The notes beneath the pieces were generated by a model that searched no databases, had not been told where the DNA came from, and was given only the letters and a program-made list of their open reading frames with translations. Below are positions 34,678 through 44,534 of a DNA stretch of 48,580 nucleotides, piece by piece (position 1 is the first letter of the stretch; each line of letters starts with the position of its first letter). The stretch comes from a virus (taxonomy: Duplodnaviria > Caudoviricetes). The translations under genes and the position numbers were made by a program. The stretch lies in the IMG/VR virus record IMGVR_UViG_3300043607_000019, positions 1-48,580 of that record. One strand, written 5' to 3'.

Positions 34678-35196
34678 TTGGCGCTGATTCTGGAGACTGG
34701 CGCCGGGCTGTCGAACTCGAACAGCTATGCATCCTACGCTGCGGCGCTGGCGTATTGGTCTGCTCGGGGCTTCGTGCCGACGCAGACGCAGCCCCAGGTC
34801 GAGCAGGCGCTCATCCGAGGCACGGACTTCCTCGACCAGCGCTTCCGGTTCCTCGGGTATCGGCTGCTCACGACCCAGGCGCTCGAATGGCCGCGCTACG
34901 GGGTCTACGACCGGGATGGCTGCCTGCTGCTCGACCCGGCGGTGCTGCCGGCGGAGCTCGTCAAGGCGACCATCGAGCTCGCCCAGCGCGCCCTAGCCGC
35001 TGACCTGAGCCCGGACCCGACCGTCAACGTGGGCGGGACCGTGGTCGGCGACCGCGTCAAGGTGGCTGCGATTGAGACCGAGGTGACGTTTGATGGTGCG
35101 TCTCCGAGTGCGTCTTTCGCACCGGTCTATCCCGAGGTGAACGCGTTGCTGCGGTACCTCATCTGCAAGAGCCAGGGCTCGGTGTATCGTGCGTGA
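34678..35196 (+). CDS. head-tail adaptor
   Basis: NSY.S...A.AY...RG, ALI..T..LD, Q.L.WPR; AGGAGG RBS with TTG start. Confidence 0.8.
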   Translation: MALILETGAGLSNSNSYASYAAALAYWSARGFVPTQTQPQVEQALIRGTDFLDQRFRFLGYRLLTTQALEWPRYGVYDRDGCLLLDPAVLPAELVKATIELAQRALAADLSPDPTVNVGGTVVGDRVKVAAIETEVTFDGASPSASFAPVYPEVNALLRYLICKSQGSVYRA

Positions 35197-35241
35197 CCAG
35201 CCGCAGCGGCGTCGAACGCGTTCCCACTGGGGGGCGCTATA

Positions 35242-35631
35242 ATGGCCTTCGACTACGGTCGCATCGCAGCAATCGCGCTCGCGCAGGTCGCCGACAAGGG
35301 CCGCTCGGTGACGCTGCGCCGGCTCAACTCCACTCCACCGGATCCCGCGAAGCCATGGCGGGGCCCGGTGGATCCTCGTGCCACGGCGATCACGCTGGCC
35401 GTCTCCGCCGTGTTCGTCGAGCCGAGCAGCTTGCAGACACTCGGGCTCAATGCCGAGCTAGTGGACTGGGTGGCGCACTGCGAACAGGTGGCCATCGTCG
35501 CCGGCCCCGACGACCTCCGCGACTACAGCGAGCTGCTCGACTCGGACGCGTCCGTCTGGCGCATCGTGGGCGTCAGCTCGCTGCAGCCCGCCACTCTGCG
35601 CCTGCTGAGCTATGTCGGGGTGGCGCGATGA
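35242..35631 (+). CDS. head closure/stopper protein
   Basis: G..VTLR.......DP..PW and W.IV.V..L.P; synteny. Confidence 0.7.
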   Translation: MAFDYGRIAAIALAQVADKGRSVTLRRLNSTPPDPAKPWRGPVDPRATAITLAVSAVFVEPSSLQTLGLNAELVDWVAHCEQVAIVAGPDDLRDYSELLDSDASVWRIVGVSSLQPATLRLLSYVGVAR

Positions 35632-35999
35632 GCAAGCTCTGCGCTCATGACTGCTTTGCCGATGGGTTGACAGCCCACGACGCATGCCCGCTGCATGGGT
35701 CAGTGACCCGAATGAAGCCCATGGAGACGGCCACGAGCGTGGGCAACCTGAAGCACCTGTCCGAGGTCAAGGCCGTGCCGGACGAGCGTGTCGTCAAGGG
35801 CCTTGAGCAGATGCTCGAGCGCGCCAAGTCGGGCGAGATCAGAGGCTTCGTCGCGTTCGTCAACCTCGGCGCTCACGTCACATCCTGGCAATGCGGCGAA
35901 GGCAAGCTGAACGATACACTGGCCGCGTACGAGGACTGGAAGTTTACGCAGCTGGCAGCCCGCAATTTGAAGTGCGGCACCTGCGGGAATGAGCCCTGA
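35628..35999 (+). CDS. non-structural hypothetical protein inserted in the neck module
   Basis: ATGA and TGATG overlaps; VV..LE..LE.AKSGEI.G. Confidence 0.55.
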   Translation: MSKLCAHDCFADGLTAHDACPLHGSVTRMKPMETATSVGNLKHLSEVKAVPDERVVKGLEQMLERAKSGEIRGFVAFVNLGAHVTSWQCGEGKLNDTLAAYEDWKFTQLAARNLKCGTCGNEP

Positions 36000-36421
36000 T
36001 GCCCTGTACGCTCAGCCAAGCTCATGACGAAATCCTGGCGCTCTTGCCGGCGCAGGTGACCGCGCTGCCCGTGCACTACCCCGACGTGGCGCCCGGACCC
36101 GGCTTTCCGCCGAAGGCTGCGCCGTGGGCGCGCGTGAGCATCTCGGACGACTCGTCGGGAGCAGCCTCGATCGGGAGTTCGATCGGGAGCCAGCGCTACG
36201 AGTCCTCGGGGCTCCTGACGGTCGAGCTCTACACGATGAGCGGCGACGGCAGGGCGGCCGCGCAAGCGCTCGCCCAAGCCGTGCTCGGGGCGTACCGCGG
36301 CAAGCGCACCAGCCCAGGCGGCGTGTGGTTTCTCGATGAGACCGTCGACGACGTGGGACCCGAAGGGGTTTGGCGCAAGACGAACGTCAGAATTGGGTAT
36401 AGGTATGACACCATCGCCTGA
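35999..36421 (+). CDS. tail terminator protein
   Basis: PWARVSI, R....G.L.V.LY...G.G, W...V.I.Y.YD. Confidence 0.75.
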   Translation: MPCTLSQAHDEILALLPAQVTALPVHYPDVAPGPGFPPKAAPWARVSISDDSSGAASIGSSIGSQRYESSGLLTVELYTMSGDGRAAAQALAQAVLGAYRGKRTSPGGVWFLDETVDDVGPEGVWRKTNVRIGYRYDTIA

Positions 36422-36890
36422 GCAGATCGAGCGCTTCTGGTCCAGGGTCGATCGCTCTGGAGGGCCTGATGCGTGTCACCCTTGGACGCGCCCTGTCGAC
36501 GCGGACGGGTATGGCCGCATGTGGCTAGACGGTCGGAATGTGACGGCTCACCGCACAGCGTTCTTTCTGGCGCATGGTCGATGGCCCGAGCCGTGTTGCT
36601 GCCACAGCTGCGACAACAGGCCCTGCTGCAACCCGGCGCACCTATTCGAGGGCACCAGCGCAGAGAACACCGCGGACATGGATCGCAAAGGACGCAGGCG
36701 TAACCGCGCTGCGCCAGCCGGTATCCTGAACTGCCAGGCGCGACTTACCGAGCAGGATGTGCGAGACATCCGTGCCAACTACGCGCTTTGCAGCGCCACT
36801 CAAGCAGAGATAGGCGCCCGCTTCGGCGTGATACCATCGGTGGTGTCGCGCATAGTCAACCGCAAATCGTGGGCGCACGTGCACCCATAG
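36405..36890 (+). CDS. HNH homing endonuclease with C-terminal HTH
   Basis: RFW..VD, GYG, AHR, CH.CDN..C.NP.HL..GT..EN..DM..KGR. Confidence 0.92.
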   Translation: MTPSPEQIERFWSRVDRSGGPDACHPWTRPVDADGYGRMWLDGRNVTAHRTAFFLAHGRWPEPCCCHSCDNRPCCNPAHLFEGTSAENTADMDRKGRRRNRAAPAGILNCQARLTEQDVRDIRANYALCSATQAEIGARFGVIPSVVSRIVNRKSWAHVHP

Positions 36891-36900
36891 GAGCAACACC

Positions 36901-37113
36901 ATGTCACTCACACTCAAGATGCGACTTGCAAGCGCGACCAAGCAACTGCTCGGCGACAAGTCCGTAGCCTACGGGCTCAACGCCGTATCCGGCGAAGAAA
37001 ACAAGCCATGGAGCAAGTTCACGCCCTCGGCACGGCTCGACTTCACGGTGACCAACCCCGACGCACCCGAGCTCGAGGCGGGCGAGTACCTCGTCACGCT
37101 CACCAAGGTCTGA
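36901..37113 (+). CDS. small hypothetical protein
   Basis: AGGAG RBS; EN..WSK.TPS..L...V.NP. Confidence 0.65.
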   Translation: MSLTLKMRLASATKQLLGDKSVAYGLNAVSGEENKPWSKFTPSARLDFTVTNPDAPELEAGEYLVTLTKV

Positions 37114-37148
37114 GCGAACCACCCCCCGCGATTCAGTAGGAGCAGCCC

Positions 37149-38681
37149 ATGACAGCAGTGACAGGCCAGGATTCGAACAACACCAGCATCCGCTACGCCT
37201 TCGAGCAGACGCTGGGCGCGCTGCCGGTCACTCCGGACTGGATCCTAGCCGAACCGAACACCGAGCCCGACTTCGGCGGCGACATCAAGACGATGTCCCG
37301 AGACATCATCAACGCCGACAGGCAGAGCGTGAAGGGCTCTGTGGTCGACGTCGAGGCCGGCGTCACCATCGAGCAGGACTTCACGCTGACGAATCAGCGC
37401 GCGCTGCTGCAGGCTTTCATGTTCGCCAACGAGCGCGGGCTCGTGCAGGCCGCGACGCTGACCACAATCACGGGCGGCACGACCATCAATGGCACGGGCA
37501 TGGCTGGCTTCGTTGCCAATGACATCGTGTTGCTGTCCGGCTCTGGCCTGGGCAGCGATGGGGCGTATCTGGTCGCCAGCGCCACGGGCACAACCGTCGT
37601 CGTCGCCGGCCTGAACAACGGCACGCTCGCTGCCGGCGCGACGCTCGTCAAGGTGGGCATCCAGTGCGCTGCAGCGGACATCAACGTGGTCATCAGCGGA
37701 CCGTTCGCGTCCTACACCTCGACCGCCACCAACTTCACGACGCGGCTCGCGCTGGCGCCAGGGCAGTCGGTCTATGTGGGCGGCGACCTGGCTGCCGAGC
37801 AGTTCGTGAACGCCGCCAACAACGGCAGCAAGCGCGTGCTGTCCGCCACGGCCACGAACCTGCAGGTCGACAAGAGCCACCTCGACATGATCGCCGAGAC
37901 CGGCACCGGCAAAACCATCCGCTTCATCGTAACGGGCGCGCTGAAGAACGAGCAAGGCGTGTTGTTCGTCACCAAGCCCACGCAGTGGGAGCGCACACTC
38001 GGCGCACCGGACGACGCCTCGCCCGCCCAGGTGCAGAGCCAATACGAGGTCGGGTGCCTCGCCAGCGAGTACACCTTCGACGCGAAGCCCGCCTCGAAGA
38101 TCACCACAACCATGAAGTTCATGGGTAAGGACGAGGAGACGCGCACCGGTGTCTTGGGCGTCAAGACGGGAAACCGCCCAGCCCTGCCCAACGTCGACGC
38201 CGTCAATACGAGTTCGGACCCGCGCCGTTTCCGCGTCGCCCAGGTCAACACAGTCGTTGCCGACGAGGCGCCCAACCCACTCTGGGCCATCACCGAGTCA
38301 CTGAGCTTCACGATCAACAACAACATCGAGCGCAATCTGGCACTCGGGTCCGTCGGAGCGGCGCGGTTCACCATCGGCAGCTTGGACGTGACGGGCTCGA
38401 TGACTCCGTACTTCGCGGACATCTCCGTCCTGGCCGCTGCCCGCGCGAACGTCGACGTGACCGCCGACCTGTTCGTCGCGAGCAAAAACAGCGGGTTCGC
38501 AATCGACTTCCCGCTGATGACGCTCAGCAAGGCTCGCGCCGAGGTGTCTCGGAACAAGGCCATCATGGTGCCCTGCGACTTCGTCGCGCACTCGGGCGAG
38601 AAGGTCAACCCTGCCCTCGACCACACCATCATGTGGACCTGGTTCCTTTGGCTTCCGAACCTGGCACAGACCCAGCCCTGA
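37149..38681 (+). CDS. major tail tube protein
   Basis: Y..E.T.G..P..P.W, I..DRQ...G, S.TINNN, G...VTGS...YF; strong RBS. Confidence 0.85.
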   Translation: MTAVTGQDSNNTSIRYAFEQTLGALPVTPDWILAEPNTEPDFGGDIKTMSRDIINADRQSVKGSVVDVEAGVTIEQDFTLTNQRALLQAFMFANERGLVQAATLTTITGGTTINGTGMAGFVANDIVLLSGSGLGSDGAYLVASATGTTVVVAGLNNGTLAAGATLVKVGIQCAAADINVVISGPFASYTSTATNFTTRLALAPGQSVYVGGDLAAEQFVNAANNGSKRVLSATATNLQVDKSHLDMIAETGTGKTIRFIVTGALKNEQGVLFVTKPTQWERTLGAPDDASPAQVQSQYEVGCLASEYTFDAKPASKITTTMKFMGKDEETRTGVLGVKTGNRPALPNVDAVNTSSDPRRFRVAQVNTVVADEAPNPLWAITESLSFTINNNIERNLALGSVGAARFTIGSLDVTGSMTPYFADISVLAAARANVDVTADLFVASKNSGFAIDFPLMTLSKARAEVSRNKAIMVPCDFVAHSGEKVNPALDHTIMWTWFLWLPNLAQTQP

Positions 38682-38690
38682 GGAGACGAC

Positions 38691-38849
38691 GTGTTCACGA
38701 AACTGATCCTGCGCCTCACCCACCGGTTGTGGAACCGCGAGATATCGCGAGTCCTCTGCCGGGCCTATTCACACGGGGTGCTCTCCTCGGCGCAACTCCA
38801 CACCTTAACCGCGAAGTTCGACCCAACGCAGAAGCATGAGCTGTACTGA
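38691..38849 (+). CDS. 52-aa hypothetical protein (not in ORF track)
   Basis: AGGAG plus GTG; TGATG overlap with the chaperone; MFTKLILRLTHRLWNREISRVLCRAY... Confidence 0.5.
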   Translation: MFTKLILRLTHRLWNREISRVLCRAYSHGVLSSAQLHTLTAKFDPTQKHELY

Positions 38850-39316
38850 TGGCACTCTTCGACCACGAAACAGACCCAATCAAGGAACGCGACGGCGTTC
38901 GCATCGTCTTCCCGCAGTGGGAGTACGTGCGACTGAAGCTGGCCCGCGCCGGTGGCGCTCGGCTGGCCCTCGAGGTGGAGCGCGCCACCAAGCCCCTGCG
39001 CGGCGAGGTCGGACCCATCGCGGACGCTGCGCGAGCCAAAGCCGTCAACGCCGCCTTCGTGCGCGCGGTCATTCTGGAGTGGGATACGCTGATGAAGACG
39101 ATGAAGACGCCGCCCGGGGGCGTCACACCCGATGCTGACGGCTACGTGTGTCGTCGCATCGACATGCGCGACACGTTGGTAGACGACACTCCGGAGAACA
39201 TGATCACCGTGTTCGAGACGCCGGGCTTCGACGTGTTCCTCGAGGACGTCTTGGCGAAGGCCAGGAAGGCCGACAACTACCTCCTGCACGCCAGGAAGCT
39301 CGAAGCGGGAAACTGA
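38849..39316 (+). CDS. tail assembly chaperone (gpG-like)
   Basis: F..ETD...E.DGV, LARAGG; ends in the slippery heptamer G GGA AAC. Confidence 0.8.
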   Translation: MALFDHETDPIKERDGVRIVFPQWEYVRLKLARAGGARLALEVERATKPLRGEVGPIADAARAKAVNAAFVRAVILEWDTLMKTMKTPPGGVTPDADGYVCRRIDMRDTLVDDTPENMITVFETPGFDVFLEDVLAKARKADNYLLHARKLEAGN

Positions 39317-39708
39317 CAGAGGTCCTGCTCTACCAGCTGGAGCAGGGCCCGAGTGAGAGGCTGGTCCGAGAGAAATGCGAGCTGTACAACCAACCTCTGC
39401 CACCCGAAATTCGAGACAAGCCGACGCTCTGGGTCGGGCTCGAGCTGTACTGGCGCGCCTTCTGGGAGCTCGACACATGCCGCTCGTACGGGATGAGCGA
39501 GGGGCCGATCCCATGGCGGGACGTCGAGCTGTACGGGCAAGCGAAGGGACTCGACGAGGAGCAGAGCGACGACCTGCACCACCACGTCACGGCTCTGGAC
39601 GTGGTCTACCGGGGGCACCTCGCATCCACGAGGCCCAGCAATGGTAACCATGGACCTGGGCCAGTTCGGCAAGCGAATGGCAGACGTCGCAGCCGAGGTT
39701 CCGCCTAG
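39307..39708 (+). CDS. gpT-like extension expressed by -1 frameshift
   Basis: GGGAAAC at 39307-39313; the -1 frame gives P.L..GLE.YW.AFWEL.TCR..GM..GPIPW. Confidence 0.85.
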   Translation, partial: GKLTEVLLYQLEQGPSERLVREKCELYNQPLPPEIRDKPTLWVGLELYWRAFWELDTCRSYGMSEGPIPWRDVELYGQAKGLDEEQSDDLHHHVTALDVVYRGHLASTRPSNGNHGPGPVRQANGRRRSRGSA

Positions 39709-40051
39709 GTGCGACAAGGTCGTGCGCACGTTCTCCATCGTGGCGAATCAGACCATCGTCATGGCCACGCCGGTGGATAAGGGATTTGCGCGGGCAAACT
39801 GGCAGGTGTCGATCGGGGTGCCTATCACTACTGAAACCGACTCGACGGATGCGCAGGGAGCTATTTCCCGGAACGCAGCCGTGATCGGCGGCTACACGTC
39901 GGGAGGTGGCGACCTGCTGATTCAGAACAATCGTTCCTACATCAAGCGACTCAACGAGGGCTGGAGCGCGCAGGCGCCGGCCAACTTCGTTCAGAAGGCG
40001 CTGCGCGCCTCGGCTCGCGCCATCAGCAAGACCCAGGTGGTCAAGCCATGA
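39641..40051 (+). CDS. HK97 gp10-like tail completion protein
   Basis: TPVD.G.ARANWQVS, I.NN..YI..LN.G.S.QAP..FV. Confidence 0.85.
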   Translation: MVTMDLGQFGKRMADVAAEVPPRCDKVVRTFSIVANQTIVMATPVDKGFARANWQVSIGVPITTETDSTDAQGAISRNAAVIGGYTSGGGDLLIQNNRSYIKRLNEGWSAQAPANFVQKALRASARAISKTQVVKP

Positions 40052-42447
40052 GCACCGAGAACATCCGGATCGTCGTCTCGACGAGCGGCGCGCAGGCCGC
40101 AGCGAAGGACATCGCCGCCATTGGCGCGAGCGCCGAAAAGTCAGCCAAGCCGACCTTCGACCTTTCAGCGGCCATCAAGGGTCTCGTGGCTGGCGCTGCC
40201 GTGCGCGAGATCATCAAGATCGCAGACGGCTACACCGAGATGGGTAACCGCCTGCGCCTCGTCACGCGCAGTGCCGATGAGCTCAAGGGAGTACAGGGTG
40301 AGCTGTTCCGTGTTGCCAACGACAACCTGACCTCGGCGAGTGCGCTGGGGGAGACCTACCAGAGCCTAGCGAACTCGACTAAGAGTCTGGGCCTGAGCCA
40401 GCGAGAGGTGCTCGAACTCACCGAGGAGCTGTCTCAGGCGACGGTCATCAGCGGTGCCTCGGCGGACTCTGCGGCGAATTCCCTGCGCCAGCTCGGACAG
40501 GGCCTGGCGTCCGGCGCGTTGCGGGGCGACGAGTTCAACTCGGTCTCGGAGAACACCCCTGAGATCATGCGCATCATCGGCGCATCCCTGCACAAGAATC
40601 AGGGCGAGCTGCGGGCGATGGGCGCCGAGGGCAAGATCACCGGCGCTATCATCGTCAAGGCCTTCTCCGAGGCGCGAACCGAGCTCGCCGAAAAGATGCT
40701 GCACACGGTGCCCCTGGTGGGTCAGGCGCTGACCGTAGTCGGCAACGTGGTGTCCCGGCTTGTGGGCGAGATCAACGAGGCCACGGGAGCCACACACGGC
40801 CTGGCGTCGGGGATCATCAAGATCGCGCGAGAAGTCAACGGGCTCATCCCCGAGATGGTGCGGTTCGTCGAGAGCCTGCAGAACGTCGAGTTCTTCTCAA
40901 AGAGAGCATTCGGCTCGCTCAACGACCTACTGCCGGATCTGCGCGACATGTTCGGCGGCGTCGAGCTAATGGTTGCCGGCCTCGTAGACACCATCTCAAT
41001 GGCCGTGCGTGGTGTCACGATCCTCGGGCAGGTGTTGAACGGCCTGCCGCATGACGACTTCGATGCGTTCATGGCCAAGTCCGGGACGGTGACGCAGGGC
41101 ATCCTCGACGCGGCGGGCGTGCGCCAGGGCAGCACGACGGTGAACGCCGAGCGAGGTGACCCCGCAAACCGTGGGCTCCATGCGTCCAAAGCTGCCGCCA
41201 AGGTGGTCAAGGGCGGCAAGACCAGCGAGCAGATCCTGCGCGACCTCGAGCGCGAGTACGAGCTGCTGAAGCTCATCGACTCGTCGCGCACGGCGCAGGA
41301 AGCGACCGACGAGGCCAAGGTCCAAGAGGGCATCTTCAAGGCGCAATCAGCCTCAAAGGAGAAGCTGAACGAGCAGGAGCTCGGCCTGATCGAGAAGCAG
41401 CTGCGGCGCAACAACGCGCTGGAGATCGAGAAGCGGCTGCAGGCCGAGTCGGTGGAGCGCATCGAGAAGGCCCTGGAAATCGAGAATGCGCTGCTCGAGA
41501 TCGAGAACGAGCGCATCCAGCGGGAGGGCTCGGGAAAGGCCGGGGCCGCGGCAGAGATGGCCGCTCGCCAGTCCGCCGAGGCCAATGGCCTGACAGGCGC
41601 TCGCGCCCTCGGCGCAGCCAATGGCTTCTCCGGCACCGTGGAGGTCATGGGCCAGGAACAGATGGCGCAGATGCGCACCTTCGGCGAGGAGATGGCCGAA
41701 ATCTTCGGACCGGGCGGCACCCTGCAGCAGGGGCTGAGCGGCGTAGGCGACAGCATCGGCGACCTGGTGGGTCACTCGATCGCGTTCGGCGACTCGTGGC
41801 GCGAGACCGACCAGGCTGTCAGGCGCCTCGGCCAGAGCATCATCGCCGAGGTCATCGGCTCGCTCATCAAGATCCCGATTCAGATGGCCATCAACGCGGC
41901 CATCGGGAGCGCGCTGCAGGCCACGGCCACGGCCGAGACCGTGGCGCAGGCCGGCGCCATTACGACGGCCATGGCACCCGCTGCGGCGGCCACGTCGCTG
42001 GCGAGCTACGGCACCAACTCGGTGGGTGCCACCGCGGCCATCGTCGGGGTGGCTGCCCTGGCTGCGGGCACGCTCATCGGGGCCGCGGCCTTCAAGGAGG
42101 GCGGCTACACGGGTGACGGCTCGATCGATGGCGTGGCGGGCCTGGTCCACGGGCGCGAGTTCGTGGTGAACGCCCAGGCCACGGCCCGCAACCGACAGGC
42201 ACTCGAGGCGATGAACGCGGGGGGCTCGGTGGGGGGCGGTGGCGGAATGCGGGTCACCATCATCAACCAGGCCGGTGGCGTAGAGCACGAGGCCAGGCAG
42301 GTCGACGAGGGGCACATCGAGATCATTGCGCGTCGGGTGCTGAGCCAGCACGGCCCGGACGTCATCGCCAACGACATGATGAACCCGCACGGCAAGACGG
42401 GGCGCGCCGTGGTGCAGACCACGACGGCCAGGCGGAGGCGCTCGTGA
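40048..42447 (+). CDS. tape measure protein
   Basis: QL.Q.LASG.LRGDEFNSV.EN.P; C-terminal F..GGYTG.G....AG.VHG.EFV.NA. Confidence 0.95.
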   Translation: MSTENIRIVVSTSGAQAAAKDIAAIGASAEKSAKPTFDLSAAIKGLVAGAAVREIIKIADGYTEMGNRLRLVTRSADELKGVQGELFRVANDNLTSASALGETYQSLANSTKSLGLSQREVLELTEELSQATVISGASADSAANSLRQLGQGLASGALRGDEFNSVSENTPEIMRIIGASLHKNQGELRAMGAEGKITGAIIVKAFSEARTELAEKMLHTVPLVGQALTVVGNVVSRLVGEINEATGATHGLASGIIKIAREVNGLIPEMVRFVESLQNVEFFSKRAFGSLNDLLPDLRDMFGGVELMVAGLVDTISMAVRGVTILGQVLNGLPHDDFDAFMAKSGTVTQGILDAAGVRQGSTTVNAERGDPANRGLHASKAAAKVVKGGKTSEQILRDLEREYELLKLIDSSRTAQEATDEAKVQEGIFKAQSASKEKLNEQELGLIEKQLRRNNALEIEKRLQAESVERIEKALEIENALLEIENERIQREGSGKAGAAAEMAARQSAEANGLTGARALGAANGFSGTVEVMGQEQMAQMRTFGEEMAEIFGPGGTLQQGLSGVGDSIGDLVGHSIAFGDSWRETDQAVRRLGQSIIAEVIGSLIKIPIQMAINAAIGSALQATATAETVAQAGAITTAMAPAAAATSLASYGTNSVGATAAIVGVAALAAGTLIGAAAFKEGGYTGDGSIDGVAGLVHGREFVVNAQATARNRQALEAMNAGGSVGGGGGMRVTIINQAGGVEHEARQVDEGHIEIIARRVLSQHGPDVIANDMMNPHGKTGRAVVQTTTARRRRS

Positions 42448-42791
42448 GGTATCCTATTGCACCGTGCCCCAAGCCACGCCAGACGCGATCTGACAAGTGG
42501 AAGAAGCGCCCGTGCGTCATGCGCTTCAGGGCATTCGCGGATACCGTCAGGCTGTTGCGCGTGGCCGTGCCCGAGGGCGCTCGCGTCACGTTCTGGATTG
42601 AGATGCCCAAGTACTGGCCAGAGACGCGCAAAGCGAAGCAGGACGGGCAACCTCACCGGCAGAAACCTGATCTAGACAACTGCGTCAAGGCCCTCTTGGA
42701 TGCGATGCACAGCGACGATTCTCACGTGGCTGAGCTGCACGCGGTCAAGCGCTGGTCTAGGCGCCCGGGGATCGAGGTCGAGACCCCGTGA
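42444..42791 (+). CDS. rusA: RusA-like Holliday junction resolvase
   Basis: P.PKPR.T..DKWKKRP, H.QKPD.DN..KAL.DA...DDS.V. Confidence 0.88.
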   Translation: MRYPIAPCPKPRQTRSDKWKKRPCVMRFRAFADTVRLLRVAVPEGARVTFWIEMPKYWPETRKAKQDGQPHRQKPDLDNCVKALLDAMHSDDSHVAELHAVKRWSRRPGIEVETP

Positions 42792-43441
42792 CGACCCCAC
42801 TCCTGCCATTCATTCCCGAGCAGTCGGGCTACTCGGTGTCGCACCCCGATCAGGTCGTCTCGGTCGAGCTCGATGGTGGCGCGCCCCGGCTGCGCGCGGA
42901 CAAGCTGTTCGCGTCCGGCAGCGCCAGCGTGACCTGGTTCCTCGACAGGGCCGAGCTCGCGACGTTTCTGGCCTTCATTCGGCAGGACTGCGCGCGGGGT
43001 GCCCTGCCCTTCCTGATCGACATCATCACCGAGTCCCACTTGCTACTGCGGCACCGCGTGACGCTGACGCCGGGCAGCCTGCGCACGGTGCAGGTAAACG
43101 GCCTGACGTACAAGGTCAGCGCAGAGCTCAGACACGAGCAGCTGGCATGCACGGGCGGCGTCATGCGCTTCATCTCGCCGAACGAGATTCAGGCGCTGTA
43201 CGCGACGGACTTCAACGCCTTCCTGCTCGTCGGCGACCCGATCCAGCTCGCCGGCGCGCAGGTCGTGCAGGCCGGTCAGGTCCCTCTGGAGCTGGACGGA
43301 GTCTACCAGGTCGCCAGCATCCCATCGGTGACCCACATCACGCTGACCGCGCCAGGCGGGCAGTGGCCGCTGATTGCTGCATACCCCGGCGCACAGACGA
43401 ACGGCGTGAGCGGCGTAGTAGTTGCGAGGACAGTGACGTGA
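42788..43441 (+). CDS. distal tail protein-like (lambda M position)
   Basis: P.QSGYS......SV.LDGG..R.R.D and G..PF.ID; synteny. Confidence 0.7.
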   Translation: MTTPLLPFIPEQSGYSVSHPDQVVSVELDGGAPRLRADKLFASGSASVTWFLDRAELATFLAFIRQDCARGALPFLIDIITESHLLLRHRVTLTPGSLRTVQVNGLTYKVSAELRHEQLACTGGVMRFISPNEIQALYATDFNAFLLVGDPIQLAGAQVVQAGQVPLELDGVYQVASIPSVTHITLTAPGGQWPLIAAYPGAQTNGVSGVVVARTVT

Positions 43442-44034
43442 TGCAAGGCGACGACCTCAAGACCTTCCAGCGATGGCACAAGGACTGGAACGGCAACCGG
43501 CTGAAGGACGATGGTGACCTCGGCCCCAAGACGGAATGGGCGATGGCCATTTCGCTGCTAGACCCCAGGCGTCAGGCCATCGTCGAGCGCGCTTGCGGCA
43601 ACGTGGGGCATACCGAACTCGCCGGGGCCAACCGGTCCCCCCTGATCGACGATTGGCTGCGCCGGTGCGGCGCTGAGCTCGGCTCACCCTGGTGCGCCGC
43701 CTTCGCTAGCTGGTGCGTCTCAGTGCCTGGCCTGCCCGAGGTGCGCCAGGCGAGCGCCCAGGAGCTCGGGCGGTCCCTTCGCGTGCCCTGCCTGATCCAG
43801 GCCGGCGACGTCATGTGGTTCCCTACCGGCAAGGCGACGGGGCATTGTGGCATCGTCGTGGGCCTCGGCCCTGGTGAGGTGGCCTGTGTCGAGGGGAACC
43901 ACGGCAACCAGGTGCGCCTCGTGCGCCGAAGCATGCTCCAGGTGCGCTTTGGTAGCACCGCGCCGATGGTAGATCCGCCAGGTATACCACCGGGGCTACC
44001 GCTCGTTGCCGTGGCCTACGAGGGCACGCGGTGA
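43441..44034 (+). CDS. peptidoglycan hydrolase (PG-binding segment plus CHAP domain), likely endolysin
   Basis: L..DG.LGPKT, PWCAAF.SWC, GH.GIV, VEGN. Confidence 0.8.
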   Translation: MQGDDLKTFQRWHKDWNGNRLKDDGDLGPKTEWAMAISLLDPRRQAIVERACGNVGHTELAGANRSPLIDDWLRRCGAELGSPWCAAFASWCVSVPGLPEVRQASAQELGRSLRVPCLIQAGDVMWFPTGKATGHCGIVVGLGPGEVACVEGNHGNQVRLVRRSMLQVRFGSTAPMVDPPGIPPGLPLVAVAYEGTR

Positions 44035-44534
44035 GCCTGCTATCCCAATTCTTCCTGTCGAGCCCGCCGAGCGTGGTGGCGCTCGACCTATTCGAGATCG
44101 CGCACCCGAACTTCTCGCAGACGTACCGTATCGTGCGCAACGCCCCCAATGGGGTGAGCGTGACCCACGAGGGGCCTGCAGGGCCGTTCGCGTACGTGTA
44201 CTACCCGGCGCGGGTGCTGCCCATCGCGGGGCGCGACGACCTGGTGCAGGCGCTGTCGATCACCCTCGGCGACCTGGGCGCCGTGCTCGCGACGGAGATC
44301 GAGAACGTGTGGGCGGGCAACGGCCTAAACACGCGCCCCAGCCTCATCTATCGGGAGTACCGCTCCGACAGTCTCGGGGCGCCCATGGACGGGCCCTACG
44401 TGCTGGAGATCGTCAACGTGACCACCTCGAGGGAGGGCGCAACCTTCGAGGCCCGCGCGCCCGAGCTCAACGCGTCGCGGACGGGCGAGCTCTACTCAGT
44501 CGAGGTGTTCCCCATGCTCAAGGCGTTCCAGTGA
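44031..44534 (+). CDS. minor tail tip protein (DUF1833 / lambda L-like)
   Basis: EI.HP.FS..Y.IVRN, YR.YRSD.L..P, TGE.Y....FP.L. Confidence 0.75.
   Translation: MSLLSQFFLSSPPSVVALDLFEIAHPNFSQTYRIVRNAPNGVSVTHEGPAGPFAYVYYPARVLPIAGRDDLVQALSITLGDLGAVLATEIENVWAGNGLNTRPSLIYREYRSDSLGAPMDGPYVLEIVNVTTSREGATFEARAPELNASRTGELYSVEVFPMLKAFQ

Noticed and set aside
35238-35243. Perfect TATAAT before the head-closure gene
   Set aside because: It overlaps the ATG itself and has no properly spaced -35
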